Source: Bacteroidales bacterium (GTDB lineage Bacteria > Bacteroidota > Bacteroidia > Bacteroidales > VadinHA17). Taken from it: DNA of 58,241 nucleotides. Where the stretch lies: contig JAFGXX010000197.1 of assembly GCA_016936435.1 (NCBI GenBank), positions 1-58,241 on the forward strand, in the 5' to 3' direction. The translations under genes were made by a program, and so were the position numbers. Below the pieces are notes generated by a model. The model ran no database searches, was not told where the DNA came from, and saw only the letters and a list, made by a program, of their open reading frames with translations. Positions 19,391 through 31,078 of this stretch are shown here, piece after piece. The first letter of the stretch is position 1; each line of letters opens with the position of its first letter.

Positions 19391-20713
19391 TTATCTTTTG
19401 CCAAGCATTTTTGCAGCATTTCCGCCACTTTTTGTTACCATTTTCATCATCTTTCTGGTATCGTCGAACTGCTTGAGAAGCTTGTTCACTTCCTGGACTG
19501 TGGTACCGCTGCCCATTGCTATACGTTTTCTTCTGCTTCCGTTCAGGACAACAGGATTTGACCTCTCTTCAGGTGTCATGCTTCTGATTATCGCTTCTAT
19601 GCTTTTAAATGCATTATCATCGATATCGAGGTCTTTAACAGCTTTGCCTACACCGGGTATCATGGCCATCAGATCCTTAATATTGCCCATTTTTTTTATC
19701 TGCTGGATCTGTGAGATGAAATCGTTGAAATCGAACTGATCTTTGGCGATTTTTTTCTGGAGTTTTCTTGCCTCCTCGGCGTCATATTGTTCCTGAGCTT
19801 TTTCGACAAGTGAAACGATGTCTCCCATTCCCAGTATCCTGTCGGCCATCCTTAGCGGATAAAAGATGTCGATGGCATCCAGTTTCTCGCCCGAGCTTAT
19901 GAACTTTACAGGTTTATTTACTACATACTTAATAGAAAGGGCTGCTCCGCCTCGTGTATCACCGTCGAGTTTTGTAAGGACGACACCATCAAAATCAAGC
20001 CGCTCATTAAACTCTTTTGCTGTGTTTACAGCGTCCTGGCCGGTCATGGAGTCGACCACAAAGAGTATCTCATGGGGGTTTACGGCTGATTTTATTGACG
20101 ATATTTCATTCATCATCTCCTCATCGACAGCAAGACGTCCGGCAGTGTCTATAATAACTACGTCGTTACCTTTCAACTTTGCTTCCCGCACTGCGTTCCT
20201 GGCGATCTGGACCGGATTCATATTACCCTCCTCGGTATAAACCGGAACTTCGGCCTGCTCTCCGATGACACTGAGCTGCTCGATGGCTGCCGGACGATAT
20301 ACGTCACCGGCAACAAGAAGCGGGTTCCTGCTCCTTTTCGTTTTAACCCATTTAGCCAGTTTGGCGCTGAAAGTGGTCTTACCTGAACCCTGAAGTCCTG
20401 CAATAAGAATAATGGACGGATTAACCTTAATATTGATGTCGGTCTTATCGCCCCCCATCAGTCCGGCAAGTTCATCATGCACGATCTTAACCATCATCTG
20501 GGATGGATTGACGGCTTTAAGTACTTCCTGACCGAGAGCTTTAGCCCTTACCGTATCGGTGAATTGTTTCGCGATCTTAAAATTAACGTCAGCATCCAGC
20601 AGAGCCCTTCTGACTTCCTTAAGTGTCTCGGCAATATTTATTTCCGAAATTCTGCCCTGTCCCTTAAGTAGCTTAAAGGATCTCTCCAAACGTTCACTTA
20701 AATTTTCAAACAT
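19391..20713 (-). CDS. ffh: Signal recognition particle protein
   Basis: GLQGSGKTT, DTAGR, TKLDGDTRGGAALS, RILGMGD, M domain. Confidence 0.97.
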   Translation of the reverse strand: MFENLSERLERSFKLLKGQGRISEINIAETLKEVRRALLDADVNFKIAKQFTDTVRAKALGQEVLKAVNPSQMMVKIVHDELAGLMGGDKTDINIKVNPSIILIAGLQGSGKTTFSAKLAKWVKTKRSRNPLLVAGDVYRPAAIEQLSVIGEQAEVPVYTEEGNMNPVQIARNAVREAKLKGNDVVIIDTAGRLAVDEEMMNEISSIKSAVNPHEILFVVDSMTGQDAVNTAKEFNERLDFDGVVLTKLDGDTRGGAALSIKYVVNKPVKFISSGEKLDAIDIFYPLRMADRILGMGDIVSLVEKAQEQYDAEEARKLQKKIAKDQFDFNDFISQIQQIKKMGNIKDLMAMIPGVGKAVKDLDIDDNAFKSIEAIIRSMTPEERSNPVVLNGSRRKRIAMGSGTTVQEVNKLLKQFDDTRKMMKMVTKSGGNAAKMLGKR

Positions 20714-20743
20714 CGTTATATATCAATGATTTTAAATGTTATA

Positions 20744-22531
20744 CTACATCCTTTCCGGCATTTCAATACCCAGAAGCCACATTCCGGTACCCAGAACCCT
20801 GCTGGTGGCATCAGAGAGTGCAAGGCGAAGGTTGCGAACTGAGTTATCGGGTTCTCCCAAAATCGTGAAATCGTGATAGAACTGGTTATATTCCCTGGCA
20901 AGTTCGTAGCAGTAGTTTGCCACAATCGCAGGACTGTATGTTTCTGCCGCTTCAGATACCACTGCCGTGAATCTTCTGAGGATCTTAATCAGCGCTAATT
21001 CTTTTTCCCCGGCTTTTATTCCGGCCGGTATGACTTTATCGTATGCCACTCCGTTCTGATCTGCTTTACGGAATACGGATCTTATCCTTGCATAGGTATA
21101 CTGGATAAATGGCCCTGTATTTCCGTTGAAGTCGATTGATTCGGAAGGGTTGAAGGTCATGTTTTTTCTCGGGTCAACTTTCAGAATAAAATATTTAAGC
21201 GCTCCCATCCCTATTTTTGCAAATATCTCTTCTTTCTCTTCATTGGTAAAGTCGGCCAGCTTACCCAGTTCCGCTGATACATCGCGGGCTGTCTCTTTCA
21301 TTTCTTCAATGAGGTCATCGGCATCAACGATGGTTCCTTCCCTCGATTTCATTTTTCCCTCAGGAAGTTCAACCATCCCGTAAGAAAAATGGTAAAGACC
21401 ATCCGACCAGGGATATCGCATTTTCTTAAGGACCGCCTTCAGAACCTGGAAGTGATAATTCTGCTCATTGCCAACAACATACAAACAACGGTCGAATCCA
21501 TATTCCTCATGTCTGAGAACGGCTGTACCGAGATCCTGGGTCATATAGACAGCTGTTCCGTCGGACCTTAGAAGAAGTTTCTGATCGAGACCTTCAGCAC
21601 TGAGGTCGACCCATATAGAACTGTCGTCATGCCTGTATAAAACATTTTCTTTCAGCGCGTTCATTACGAGATCACGTCCGATCTTATAAGTATCTGATTC
21701 ATAATATATTTTATCGAAGTCGACACCTAACAAACTGTATGTTACATCAAATCCCGAATAGACCCACTGGTTCATTCTCCTCCACAGTTCCATGACTTCG
21801 CTGTCGCCTGCTTCCCATTTCAGAAGCATATCACGGGCTTCCCTGATAAGCGGAGCGGAATTTCTTGCTTCAGCCTCGTCCACACCATTTTCCTTAAGCC
21901 CTTCAACTTCCTGCTTGTATTTTCTTTCAAAGAGAACATAGTATTTCCCGACAAGATGGTCGCCTTTGATACCTGAAGACTCAGGAGTTTCGCCCTCACC
22001 ATATTTCTGCCAGGCAAGCATCGACTTGCAGATATGTATTCCCCTGTCGTTTACAATATTGGTTTTTATAACCTTATGTCCGCAGGCAGACAGAAGCCTG
22101 TATAAAGAATAACCCAGCAGATTGTTCCTGATATGCCCCAGGTGCAACGGTTTATTGGTGTTTGGCGAAGAAAACTCCACCATTATCGTTTCGGGTTGTT
22201 TAACCCTGCATTGTGCCAGGTAGTCATTGCCGGCTATCATTTGTGAGAAGAAACCCATCCACCACTTATCCGATACTTCCAGGTTTAGAAATCCCTTGAT
22301 CACATTGAAACCTGCCAGTGAGGAACAGGCCCCGACCAGATAAGTACCAATGGATTCTCCTGTTTTTTCCGGGGTGTTTTTTGAAAACCTCAGCAGAGGG
22401 AATACCACCAGGGTAAAATCGCCACTGAATTCTTTTTTTGTTTCCTGTAACTGAATAAGGTCGTCGTCGGCTTCACCGGCATACAGAACCCTGACGGCTT
22501 CTTTTATCTTTTCTCTGAGCAGATCTTCCAT
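20744..22531 (-). CDS. argS: Arginine--tRNA ligase
   Basis: EFSSPNTNKPLHLGHIRN (HIGH), KMKSREG, GPFIQYTYAR, C-terminal PERM. Confidence 0.97.
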   Translation of the reverse strand: MEDLLREKIKEAVRVLYAGEADDDLIQLQETKKEFSGDFTLVVFPLLRFSKNTPEKTGESIGTYLVGACSSLAGFNVIKGFLNLEVSDKWWMGFFSQMIAGNDYLAQCRVKQPETIMVEFSSPNTNKPLHLGHIRNNLLGYSLYRLLSACGHKVIKTNIVNDRGIHICKSMLAWQKYGEGETPESSGIKGDHLVGKYYVLFERKYKQEVEGLKENGVDEAEARNSAPLIREARDMLLKWEAGDSEVMELWRRMNQWVYSGFDVTYSLLGVDFDKIYYESDTYKIGRDLVMNALKENVLYRHDDSSIWVDLSAEGLDQKLLLRSDGTAVYMTQDLGTAVLRHEEYGFDRCLYVVGNEQNYHFQVLKAVLKKMRYPWSDGLYHFSYGMVELPEGKMKSREGTIVDADDLIEEMKETARDVSAELGKLADFTNEEKEEIFAKIGMGALKYFILKVDPRKNMTFNPSESIDFNGNTGPFIQYTYARIRSVFRKADQNGVAYDKVIPAGIKAGEKELALIKILRRFTAVVSEAAETYSPAIVANYCYELAREYNQFYHDFTILGEPDNSVRNLRLALSDATSRVLGTGMWLLGIEMPERM

Positions 22532-22553
22532 TCTTGCAAAAAATTTTCAGGCG

Positions 22554-22561
22554 CAAAGATA
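22554..22561 (-). promoter_or_regulatory. -7 promoter element for argS-ffh-folD
   Basis: TATCTTTG on the minus strand, 22 nt before the argS start. Confidence 0.65.
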
Positions 22562-22750
22562 ATATTTTCGGGCAATGGACTGAAACATAACGGTGTCAAA
22601 ACGTACATGAGCTGATAAAACCGTGGCTAAAGATGATTTTTTTCTTTTTCTTTATACTCCTGTGAATATCTTTAAGGTTTTTTAACTTGTAATTACAAAA
22701 GAGTTTTAATTTTATGACCGTATTATTTCTTCAAATTTAACAGCGACAAA

Positions 22751-23206
22751 GTGGAGCTAAAAAATCTTTTCATTGAGCCAACGGCGAAGACTCCCCGGAT
22801 TGAACTTAACCCCGCAACGGGCGAACTGGCCTTTAGCGGAAGATCGATACCCGAAAATGCTGTCGACTTATATGAGAATGTCTTCAAATGGGTAACTCAC
22901 TATTCCAAGGACCCTCAGAAGATAACCAATCTGCGGCTGAACCTGGAGTATTTCAATACCGCTTCTTCCATCTGGCTTGCCAAAATAGTGAAGACACTCT
23001 GTTCGATAAATGAACCGGAGAATACACTGATGATCCATCTGTATTTCAATGCTGATGAATTCGACAGCATGGAACTTGAAGAACTTAAAGACAGTTTCGG
23101 CCCTGTTATTGACATGATCGCGAATCCTATTGTAAGCATCGGCATTAAGATATATGCTCTTGACGACAATGGAGAGATATTAAAGGAGTCGGTGGTTTTA
23201 TTATAG
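22751..23206 (+). CDS. SiaC family regulatory phosphoprotein (DUF1987)
   Basis: T..TP.I, G.SIPENA, LEYFNTASS motif; GTG start. Confidence 0.8.
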   Translation: MELKNLFIEPTAKTPRIELNPATGELAFSGRSIPENAVDLYENVFKWVTHYSKDPQKITNLRLNLEYFNTASSIWLAKIVKTLCSINEPENTLMIHLYFNADEFDSMELEELKDSFGPVIDMIANPIVSIGIKIYALDDNGEILKESVVLL

Positions 23207-23280
23207 GTCTCAGGGTTCTTCCCGGGTACATTCTTTTATGATTTTTTGGTACCTTTATTACTCCAAAATCATGTATTATC

Positions 23281-24777
23281 ATGCGCACCGGAATTGTTTT
23301 CCTGCTCACAATTATCACTATCATGGACCTTTTTTCACAAAACAGAACGGTTGACAGACAGCCGGTTGCTGCAGGACGATTTTACACGTCCGGCAAATCA
23401 ACACTCAGCACAGAACTGACAAAGCTCTTTACAGAATGCAAAAAAACGGATAAGCCACTGAAAACGAGGGCAATAATTTCCCCACATGCCGGTTATGTCT
23501 TTTCCGGCAGGATAGCGGCATCAGCATTTTCGGCAACTCCTCCCGATGCCGGGTATAAAAATATCTTCCTTATAGGTTCCAGCCACGTAATGGCTTTCGA
23601 AGGGGCTTCAGTATACTATACGGGTGATTTTATAACTCCCCTGGGCCGGACCATCGTTAACAGGGAGATAGGAGAAAAACTCAGGAAAGAAAATGCGGTT
23701 TTTAACTTCCCCACTACTGCTCATAACCAGGACCATTGTCTTGAGGTACAAATACCATTTATACAACATTATTATAAACCAACTCCGAAGATAGTCCCGG
23801 TCATTATCGGCACAACCAACCCCGCCACCATCAGGAAGATTGCTGAGGCTCTCAGACCATGGTTTACAAGTGAAAATCTTTTTGTTATAAGCAGCGACTT
23901 TTCACATTATCCGTCATATAACGAGGCCAGAAAAGCCGACGATCTGACAGCCAGAGGACTGGTATCGGGCGATCCGGATATGTTTCTGGCAGCTCTCAGG
24001 AAAAATTCATCCTCAAACATTCCCAACCTCGCAACGTCGATGTGTGGCTGGAGTTCCGGGCTGGCATTACTATACCTTACCGAAGGAAGAGATGAGTTTG
24101 AATATGTCAGGCTGGATTACTGCAACTCGGGCGATTCGGAATACGGAAGCAAAGATGAAGTGGTAGGTTATCATGCAATAGCTGTAGTGGAAAATACCGA
24201 GGAAGGAGCTTCCGGAAACGAACTGATGATTACCGGGGAGGAAAAAGATATCCTTTTCACCATAGCACATAATACCATAAAAAGCGCTCTTTCAGGTAAA
24301 ATGACCTACTCAATTGATGAAAACATAATCACAGCAGGACTGAAGCAACCTTATGGCGCCTTTGTCACTCTCAAAATCAAAGGGGTTCTGAGAGGTTGCA
24401 TAGGGCGGTTCGTGAGTGAAGAACCATTATATGAAGTTGTGAAAGCTTCAGCATACTCCTCGGCTTTCGAAGATCCCAGATTCCCTGCACTTTCAGAAAA
24501 AGAATATGAAAAGGTCGAAATGGAAATCACTGTCCTCGGCCCCATGCAAAGGATTGACAACATCGGTGAGATAAAAACCGGCAGACACGGAATATATATA
24601 AAGAAAGGGGCCCGGTCAGGGACCATGCTTCCACAGGTTGCAACAGAACATGGCTGGACCGTGGAAGAGTTCCTCGGTTATACATCGCGCGACAAGGCAG
24701 GAATAGGATGGGATGGATGGAAAGATGCCGAGATCTATATATATGAAGGTTTGGTTCTGGAAGAAAACAGAAAATGA
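23281..24777 (+). CDS. amrB: AmmeMemoRadiSam protein B (Memo) fused to protein A (AMMECR1), with predicted N-terminal signal peptide
   Basis: Memo part: R.PVAAGRFY, PHAGYVFSG, DHCLEVQIPF, SSDFSHY, MCG. AMMECR1 part: GAFVTL, LRGCIG, DPRFP, LPQV..E..W, KAG. Confidence 0.92.
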   Translation: MRTGIVFLLTIITIMDLFSQNRTVDRQPVAAGRFYTSGKSTLSTELTKLFTECKKTDKPLKTRAIISPHAGYVFSGRIAASAFSATPPDAGYKNIFLIGSSHVMAFEGASVYYTGDFITPLGRTIVNREIGEKLRKENAVFNFPTTAHNQDHCLEVQIPFIQHYYKPTPKIVPVIIGTTNPATIRKIAEALRPWFTSENLFVISSDFSHYPSYNEARKADDLTARGLVSGDPDMFLAALRKNSSSNIPNLATSMCGWSSGLALLYLTEGRDEFEYVRLDYCNSGDSEYGSKDEVVGYHAIAVVENTEEGASGNELMITGEEKDILFTIAHNTIKSALSGKMTYSIDENIITAGLKQPYGAFVTLKIKGVLRGCIGRFVSEEPLYEVVKASAYSSAFEDPRFPALSEKEYEKVEMEITVLGPMQRIDNIGEIKTGRHGIYIKKGARSGTMLPQVATEHGWTVEEFLGYTSRDKAGIGWDGWKDAEIYIYEGLVLEENRK

Positions 24778-27194
24778 TCATGTATCATGTCACGGGTACG
24801 CTAATCACAATCTCCCTTCTATATCTGACCAGTCTTTTTTTCCAAAGGTCGGGTATATATTCCCTGTTCTTTCACCGGATGTTTTGGAACTCGATACTGG
24901 CATTGACTTTTCTGTTTACCGCATTCGCCGGTATCTTCATGGCTCTGGCGACAAACTTCAAATGGGATAGCCCCTTCACCGGGCAACTGCTTTACTGGCA
25001 TGTGGAGGCAGGGGTGGCCATGGGTCTGACAGGGCTGCTACATTTAATCTGGCATTTATCATATTTCAGGGGCTTCTTAAGCAAGTCCGCAACACATAAC
25101 AGGAAAGTCAGCCCTTTGAGAAGGGAGCCCTTCTCAGTGGCCGCAAACCTCTTTATGGTTGGATTTACGAGCACAGCCGTGCAGATACTTCTGATAAGAG
25201 AACTTATGAATATTACCGGAGGCTATGAGCTGATAAGCGGTGTTTTTCTCGCTTCATGGCTTATCACATCGGCTGCCGGAGCTGCAATCGGAGGAAGATC
25301 TTCACTCAACGACCTGAGAAAGATCAATCTTCTGTTCGCCATTTCCCCCTTTATCTCAATAGTCCTGCTTCTTACCCTTTCACGACTTTTTCTTCAAACA
25401 GGAGAAGTTCCGACATTTATGGCAGGTATGATCCTTACGCTTGTATTGCTCCTGCCCTTTTGCCTGATTTCGGGTTTTACCTTTGTGAGGCTGATAATCA
25501 ACGCAAAAGAGATGAATAACTTTCCACCCGGACGGTCTTTTGCAATCGAAACCACAGGAGGTATTACAGCAGGTCTTCTGTTGACACTTCTTACCTCTGG
25601 TCTGCTGAACACATGGGAACTATTGCTCCTCATTCTGCTCTTATTCCTTGCATACATGACGCTGTCGTTTTACGTCGACAGAAAAGGACCGACTTTCATG
25701 ACGAAGCTGTTTTTTACAGTCATTATTTCAGCTGCAGTTATTTCCGAACCCGACATACTCTTCAGGCAATTTCTGCTTTCCTCAATACATGTTACCTCCA
25801 CAAGGGACACTCCCTACGGCAATATAACCACAGGTGAATATTCAGGAGAGGAAAGTGTATGGTACAATCACATTCTCCTCAGTTACCCTGATGATGCCAT
25901 TGAAAGAGAAGAAAACATCCATTTTGCAATGCTTCAGGCTGATAACCCTGAGACTGTCCTGCTGATCTCTGGTAAACCGGAATCACATATACCCGAAATA
26001 CTGAAATACGGTGTTAGAAAAATAACATATGTAGAAAGGGATCCTTATCTGGCAAAGAACGCTGAAACATTGAATATCGAAACGGCTGCGGAGATTATCG
26101 TTGAAAACAGTGATGCTTTCAGATATATAGGAAAAACAAAAGAGGTTTTCGATTTAATAATACTGCTTCTGCCTCCGCCTTCGACCTTCTCCCTGAACAG
26201 GTACTATACATCGGAATTTTTCGAAGATGTCAAAAAAAGGCTCTCACAGGGCGGGGTATTCATGTGTTCACCGGGACCTAACGATTATTATTTAAACCGT
26301 GAATCCGTAAACCTGTATTCTTCTATCCATAACAGTCTGGCGTCAGGCTTCGGCAATGTGATTCCCGTTGCCGGCAATAAATTATTTTTTATCGCATCCG
26401 ACAAGAAGATCTCCGTCGCATTTTCAAAACTCGTTTCAGAAAAAGGAATTAAAAATCTTTATGTTAACCCCGGATTTCTCTCCGACGACCTTACAGAAAT
26501 CAAATCCGCTGAAATTAAAGCCCTTATGGATTCAGGGATAAGAAAGAACCATTCCTCTCATCCTGTGGCATGTTTTCATTTCCAGTCATATAATCTGAGT
26601 AAAGACCTGAGCAAAAAAATACCTGCAATAGTACTAATGGTTGCAGCATTTCTTCTCCCTCTTCCGGCAGTCAGGCGGAAAAACATGTTGATGTATTTCT
26701 CTGCGGCCTCCCTCGCAGGTTTCGAAATAATAGTATTGCTTGCTCTTCAGATAGCTGTCGGCAACATGTACCAGATGACAGGTCTGGTTATAGCTATTTT
26801 GATGGCAGGTCTGGCAGCAGGAGCCGGCATTGCTTTCAGATGGGAAAGTGTCAGCAGACTAAAGCTGATCGCCTTTATGCTGATCCTTTATTATTTAGCG
26901 GCAGCTTTGGCGACAGGGGCGGTCACAGAGATAAAGAGTTCATTCGTCGCGGCAGCGCTGATTCTTATCTCGGTTTTGCCACCTGCCTTCATAACCGGAC
27001 ACATCTTCCGGACACTTACAGGCAGGTCCCATGCAACAAATCCTTCAGGGTCAACCTATAGTGCAGATCTGGCAGGTTCTGCACTGGGTTTTATTCTGTT
27101 ATCAGGTGTTGCAGTTCCTGCTCTGGGATTAAGGAATTCCGTCATTCTGTTATCGGTCTTTTTGTTTACAGGCATAATTTTCGCGAAAAAGTAA
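24774..27194 (+). CDS. Polytopic membrane protein: His-containing (DUF4405/cytochrome-b-like) N-terminus, TM block, spermidine-synthase-like SAM fold, TM block
   Basis: WHVEAG...LHLIWH; QILLIREL; TPYGNI, EENIH, YVERDP, DAFRYI, NRYYTSEFF; YSADLAGSALG; ATGA overlap with the upstream gene. Confidence 0.75.
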   Translation: MIMYHVTGTLITISLLYLTSLFFQRSGIYSLFFHRMFWNSILALTFLFTAFAGIFMALATNFKWDSPFTGQLLYWHVEAGVAMGLTGLLHLIWHLSYFRGFLSKSATHNRKVSPLRREPFSVAANLFMVGFTSTAVQILLIRELMNITGGYELISGVFLASWLITSAAGAAIGGRSSLNDLRKINLLFAISPFISIVLLLTLSRLFLQTGEVPTFMAGMILTLVLLLPFCLISGFTFVRLIINAKEMNNFPPGRSFAIETTGGITAGLLLTLLTSGLLNTWELLLLILLLFLAYMTLSFYVDRKGPTFMTKLFFTVIISAAVISEPDILFRQFLLSSIHVTSTRDTPYGNITTGEYSGEESVWYNHILLSYPDDAIEREENIHFAMLQADNPETVLLISGKPESHIPEILKYGVRKITYVERDPYLAKNAETLNIETAAEIIVENSDAFRYIGKTKEVFDLIILLLPPPSTFSLNRYYTSEFFEDVKKRLSQGGVFMCSPGPNDYYLNRESVNLYSSIHNSLASGFGNVIPVAGNKLFFIASDKKISVAFSKLVSEKGIKNLYVNPGFLSDDLTEIKSAEIKALMDSGIRKNHSSHPVACFHFQSYNLSKDLSKKIPAIVLMVAAFLLPLPAVRRKNMLMYFSAASLAGFEIIVLLALQIAVGNMYQMTGLVIAILMAGLAAGAGIAFRWESVSRLKLIAFMLILYYLAAALATGAVTEIKSSFVAAALILISVLPPAFITGHIFRTLTGRSHATNPSGSTYSADLAGSALGFILLSGVAVPALGLRNSVILLSVFLFTGIIFAKK

Positions 27195-27256
27195 AAATGA
27201 TATGCTTATGAATACTTAATTCTGTCCGTTAAAGGATTATTTTTGAAAAAAAATCA

Positions 27257-28405
27257 ATGCATGGAACTTTGAAAAACAAAAACCGCAATATCAGCAAGAG
27301 AGAATTCGTCAGAAAATGTTTTGCAGTGTCATCAGGTCTGGTATGTATGCCGCGCTTCGCTGTTTTCAGCGCGGATAATGAAGAAAATCAGGAACTTCAC
27401 CGTAAGCTTGCCATGTATCAGGAAGAGACACCCCGGGGGATAATGTGCAGAATATGTCCCAACGAATGCGTGCTGAAGGAAGGGGAAATAAGCGACTGCA
27501 GGAACAGGATCGTACGTAATTCGAAGTTATACACCATGGCTTTCGGCAACCCCTGCTCGGTTAATGTCGATCCGGTCGAAAAAAAACCTTTATATCATTT
27601 TCTTCCAGGAACACGGGCATTTTCGATAGCTACGGCCGGATGTAACATGTCGTGTCTTAATTGTCAGAACTGGGCCATTTCCCAAACCAGCCCCGACAAG
27701 ACCAGAAATTACGATCTGATGCCCGACAGAGTAGTAAGCGAAGCTGCCCGTAACAAATGCCGTTCGATAGCTTACACATATTCGGAGCCCACAACATTTT
27801 ATGAATATGCCTGTGAGACATCTGTGATAGCCCGCAGGGAAGGTATACGTAATATCTTCAAGACAAACGGCTATATCAATCCGGAGCCGCTGAAGAATAT
27901 ATGCAAATACCTCGATGGAGTAAATGTGGATCTTAAATCCTTCTCCGAGAGCACCTATCTCAGGCTCACAGGCGGAAAACTTCAGCCGGTGCTTGATTCC
28001 CTTAAAATATACAGGGATATGGGTGTATGGCTCGAGATTACCAATCTGATAGTACCCGGATGGACCGATAATATGGATGAAATTGAAAGCATGTGTAAAT
28101 GGCTTGGTGAGAATGGATTCAGAGATACTCCTCTGCACTTCAGCCGTTTTCATCCGACCTACAAGCTGCAGCAGCTCCCTCCCACTCCCATCGAAAACCT
28201 GAAAAACGCCGTTACTATTGCAAGGTCCGAGGGCATAAGGTATGTTTACACAGGCAATGCTCCAGGTCATGATATTTCCGACACAAAATGCGCAGCATGC
28301 GGGACAACGCTAATAACGCGTCAAGGCTACACGGTAACATCGAACTCTGTAAAGGACGGTAAATGCAGCAATTGCGGAAACCCCGTCCCGGGAGTATGGA
28401 CCTGA
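27257..28405 (+). CDS. amrS: AmmeMemoRadiSam radical SAM enzyme with Tat-like N-terminus
   Basis: CRICPNEC, DPVEKKPLYHF, GCNMSCLNCQN (CxxxCxxC), AYTYSEP, LHFSRFHP, C-terminal CxxC..CxxC; ISKREFV leader. Confidence 0.93.
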   Translation: MHGTLKNKNRNISKREFVRKCFAVSSGLVCMPRFAVFSADNEENQELHRKLAMYQEETPRGIMCRICPNECVLKEGEISDCRNRIVRNSKLYTMAFGNPCSVNVDPVEKKPLYHFLPGTRAFSIATAGCNMSCLNCQNWAISQTSPDKTRNYDLMPDRVVSEAARNKCRSIAYTYSEPTTFYEYACETSVIARREGIRNIFKTNGYINPEPLKNICKYLDGVNVDLKSFSESTYLRLTGGKLQPVLDSLKIYRDMGVWLEITNLIVPGWTDNMDEIESMCKWLGENGFRDTPLHFSRFHPTYKLQQLPPTPIENLKNAVTIARSEGIRYVYTGNAPGHDISDTKCAACGTTLITRQGYTVTSNSVKDGKCSNCGNPVPGVWT

Positions 28406-28422
28406 TCATATCAGCACATTGA

Positions 28423-30453
<2,031 letters not shown>

Positions 30454-30488
30454 TAAGGACCCTTTTATCTACTTTCACAAAAAACTGT

Positions 30489-30496
30489 TAGGTTTG
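30489..30496 (+). promoter_or_regulatory. -7 promoter element for the hypothetical-dapA operon
   Basis: TAGGTTTG, 4 nt before ATG 30501. Confidence 0.55.
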
Positions 30497-30500
30497 CAGC

Positions 30501-31076
30501 ATGGAATTATTCAGGAGACAAAGACTGAAAATAGGTAGCTGGATCCTCTCCGGAAAAATAAATGGAAAAAAGAGGAAGCCATCTTACAGCGGCATCACAG
30601 GGATACGAAACATAGGTATCATCTGGGATGCCGAAAAGACAGGGGATTTTCCTGCCTTATCAAGATTCCACCTTCAGATGCAGGAGAGAAAGATAAATGT
30701 AAAAATACTGGGCTATTACCCGGAACCTGAGCTTCCTGACCAGTATACAGCCATCAGGTACCTGTCATGCATCAGGAGAAATGAGCTTAATTATTTCTAT
30801 ATTCCACGTTCCACGGAGACTGATGTTTTTATCAACACTAAATTTGATGTACTTATAGATATAAATTTCAACAGGGTTTTTCCACTGTTGTACATAACTT
30901 CACTTTCAAATTCATTATTCAGGGTAGGCCTATTCACCTCTGAAAAGGATTCATCACCGTTTGATCTTATGATGGAAATGAAAACACCTGTCAGCATTGA
31001 CAGTTATCTTGAGCAGATAATACGTTACCTTGAAATGATAAAATCGGATTCTCCGGGCCATTTAGTCAATCAATAG
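30501..31076 (+). CDS. Conserved Bacteroidota hypothetical protein (DUF6913-like)
   Basis: IGII, F....FDVLIDIN, S...FRVG, FDLMM, YL.MI pattern; directly upstream of dapA. Confidence 0.65.
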   Translation: MELFRRQRLKIGSWILSGKINGKKRKPSYSGITGIRNIGIIWDAEKTGDFPALSRFHLQMQERKINVKILGYYPEPELPDQYTAIRYLSCIRRNELNYFYIPRSTETDVFINTKFDVLIDINFNRVFPLLYITSLSNSLFRVGLFTSEKDSSPFDLMMEMKTPVSIDSYLEQIIRYLEMIKSDSPGHLVNQ

Positions 31077-31078
31077 AA

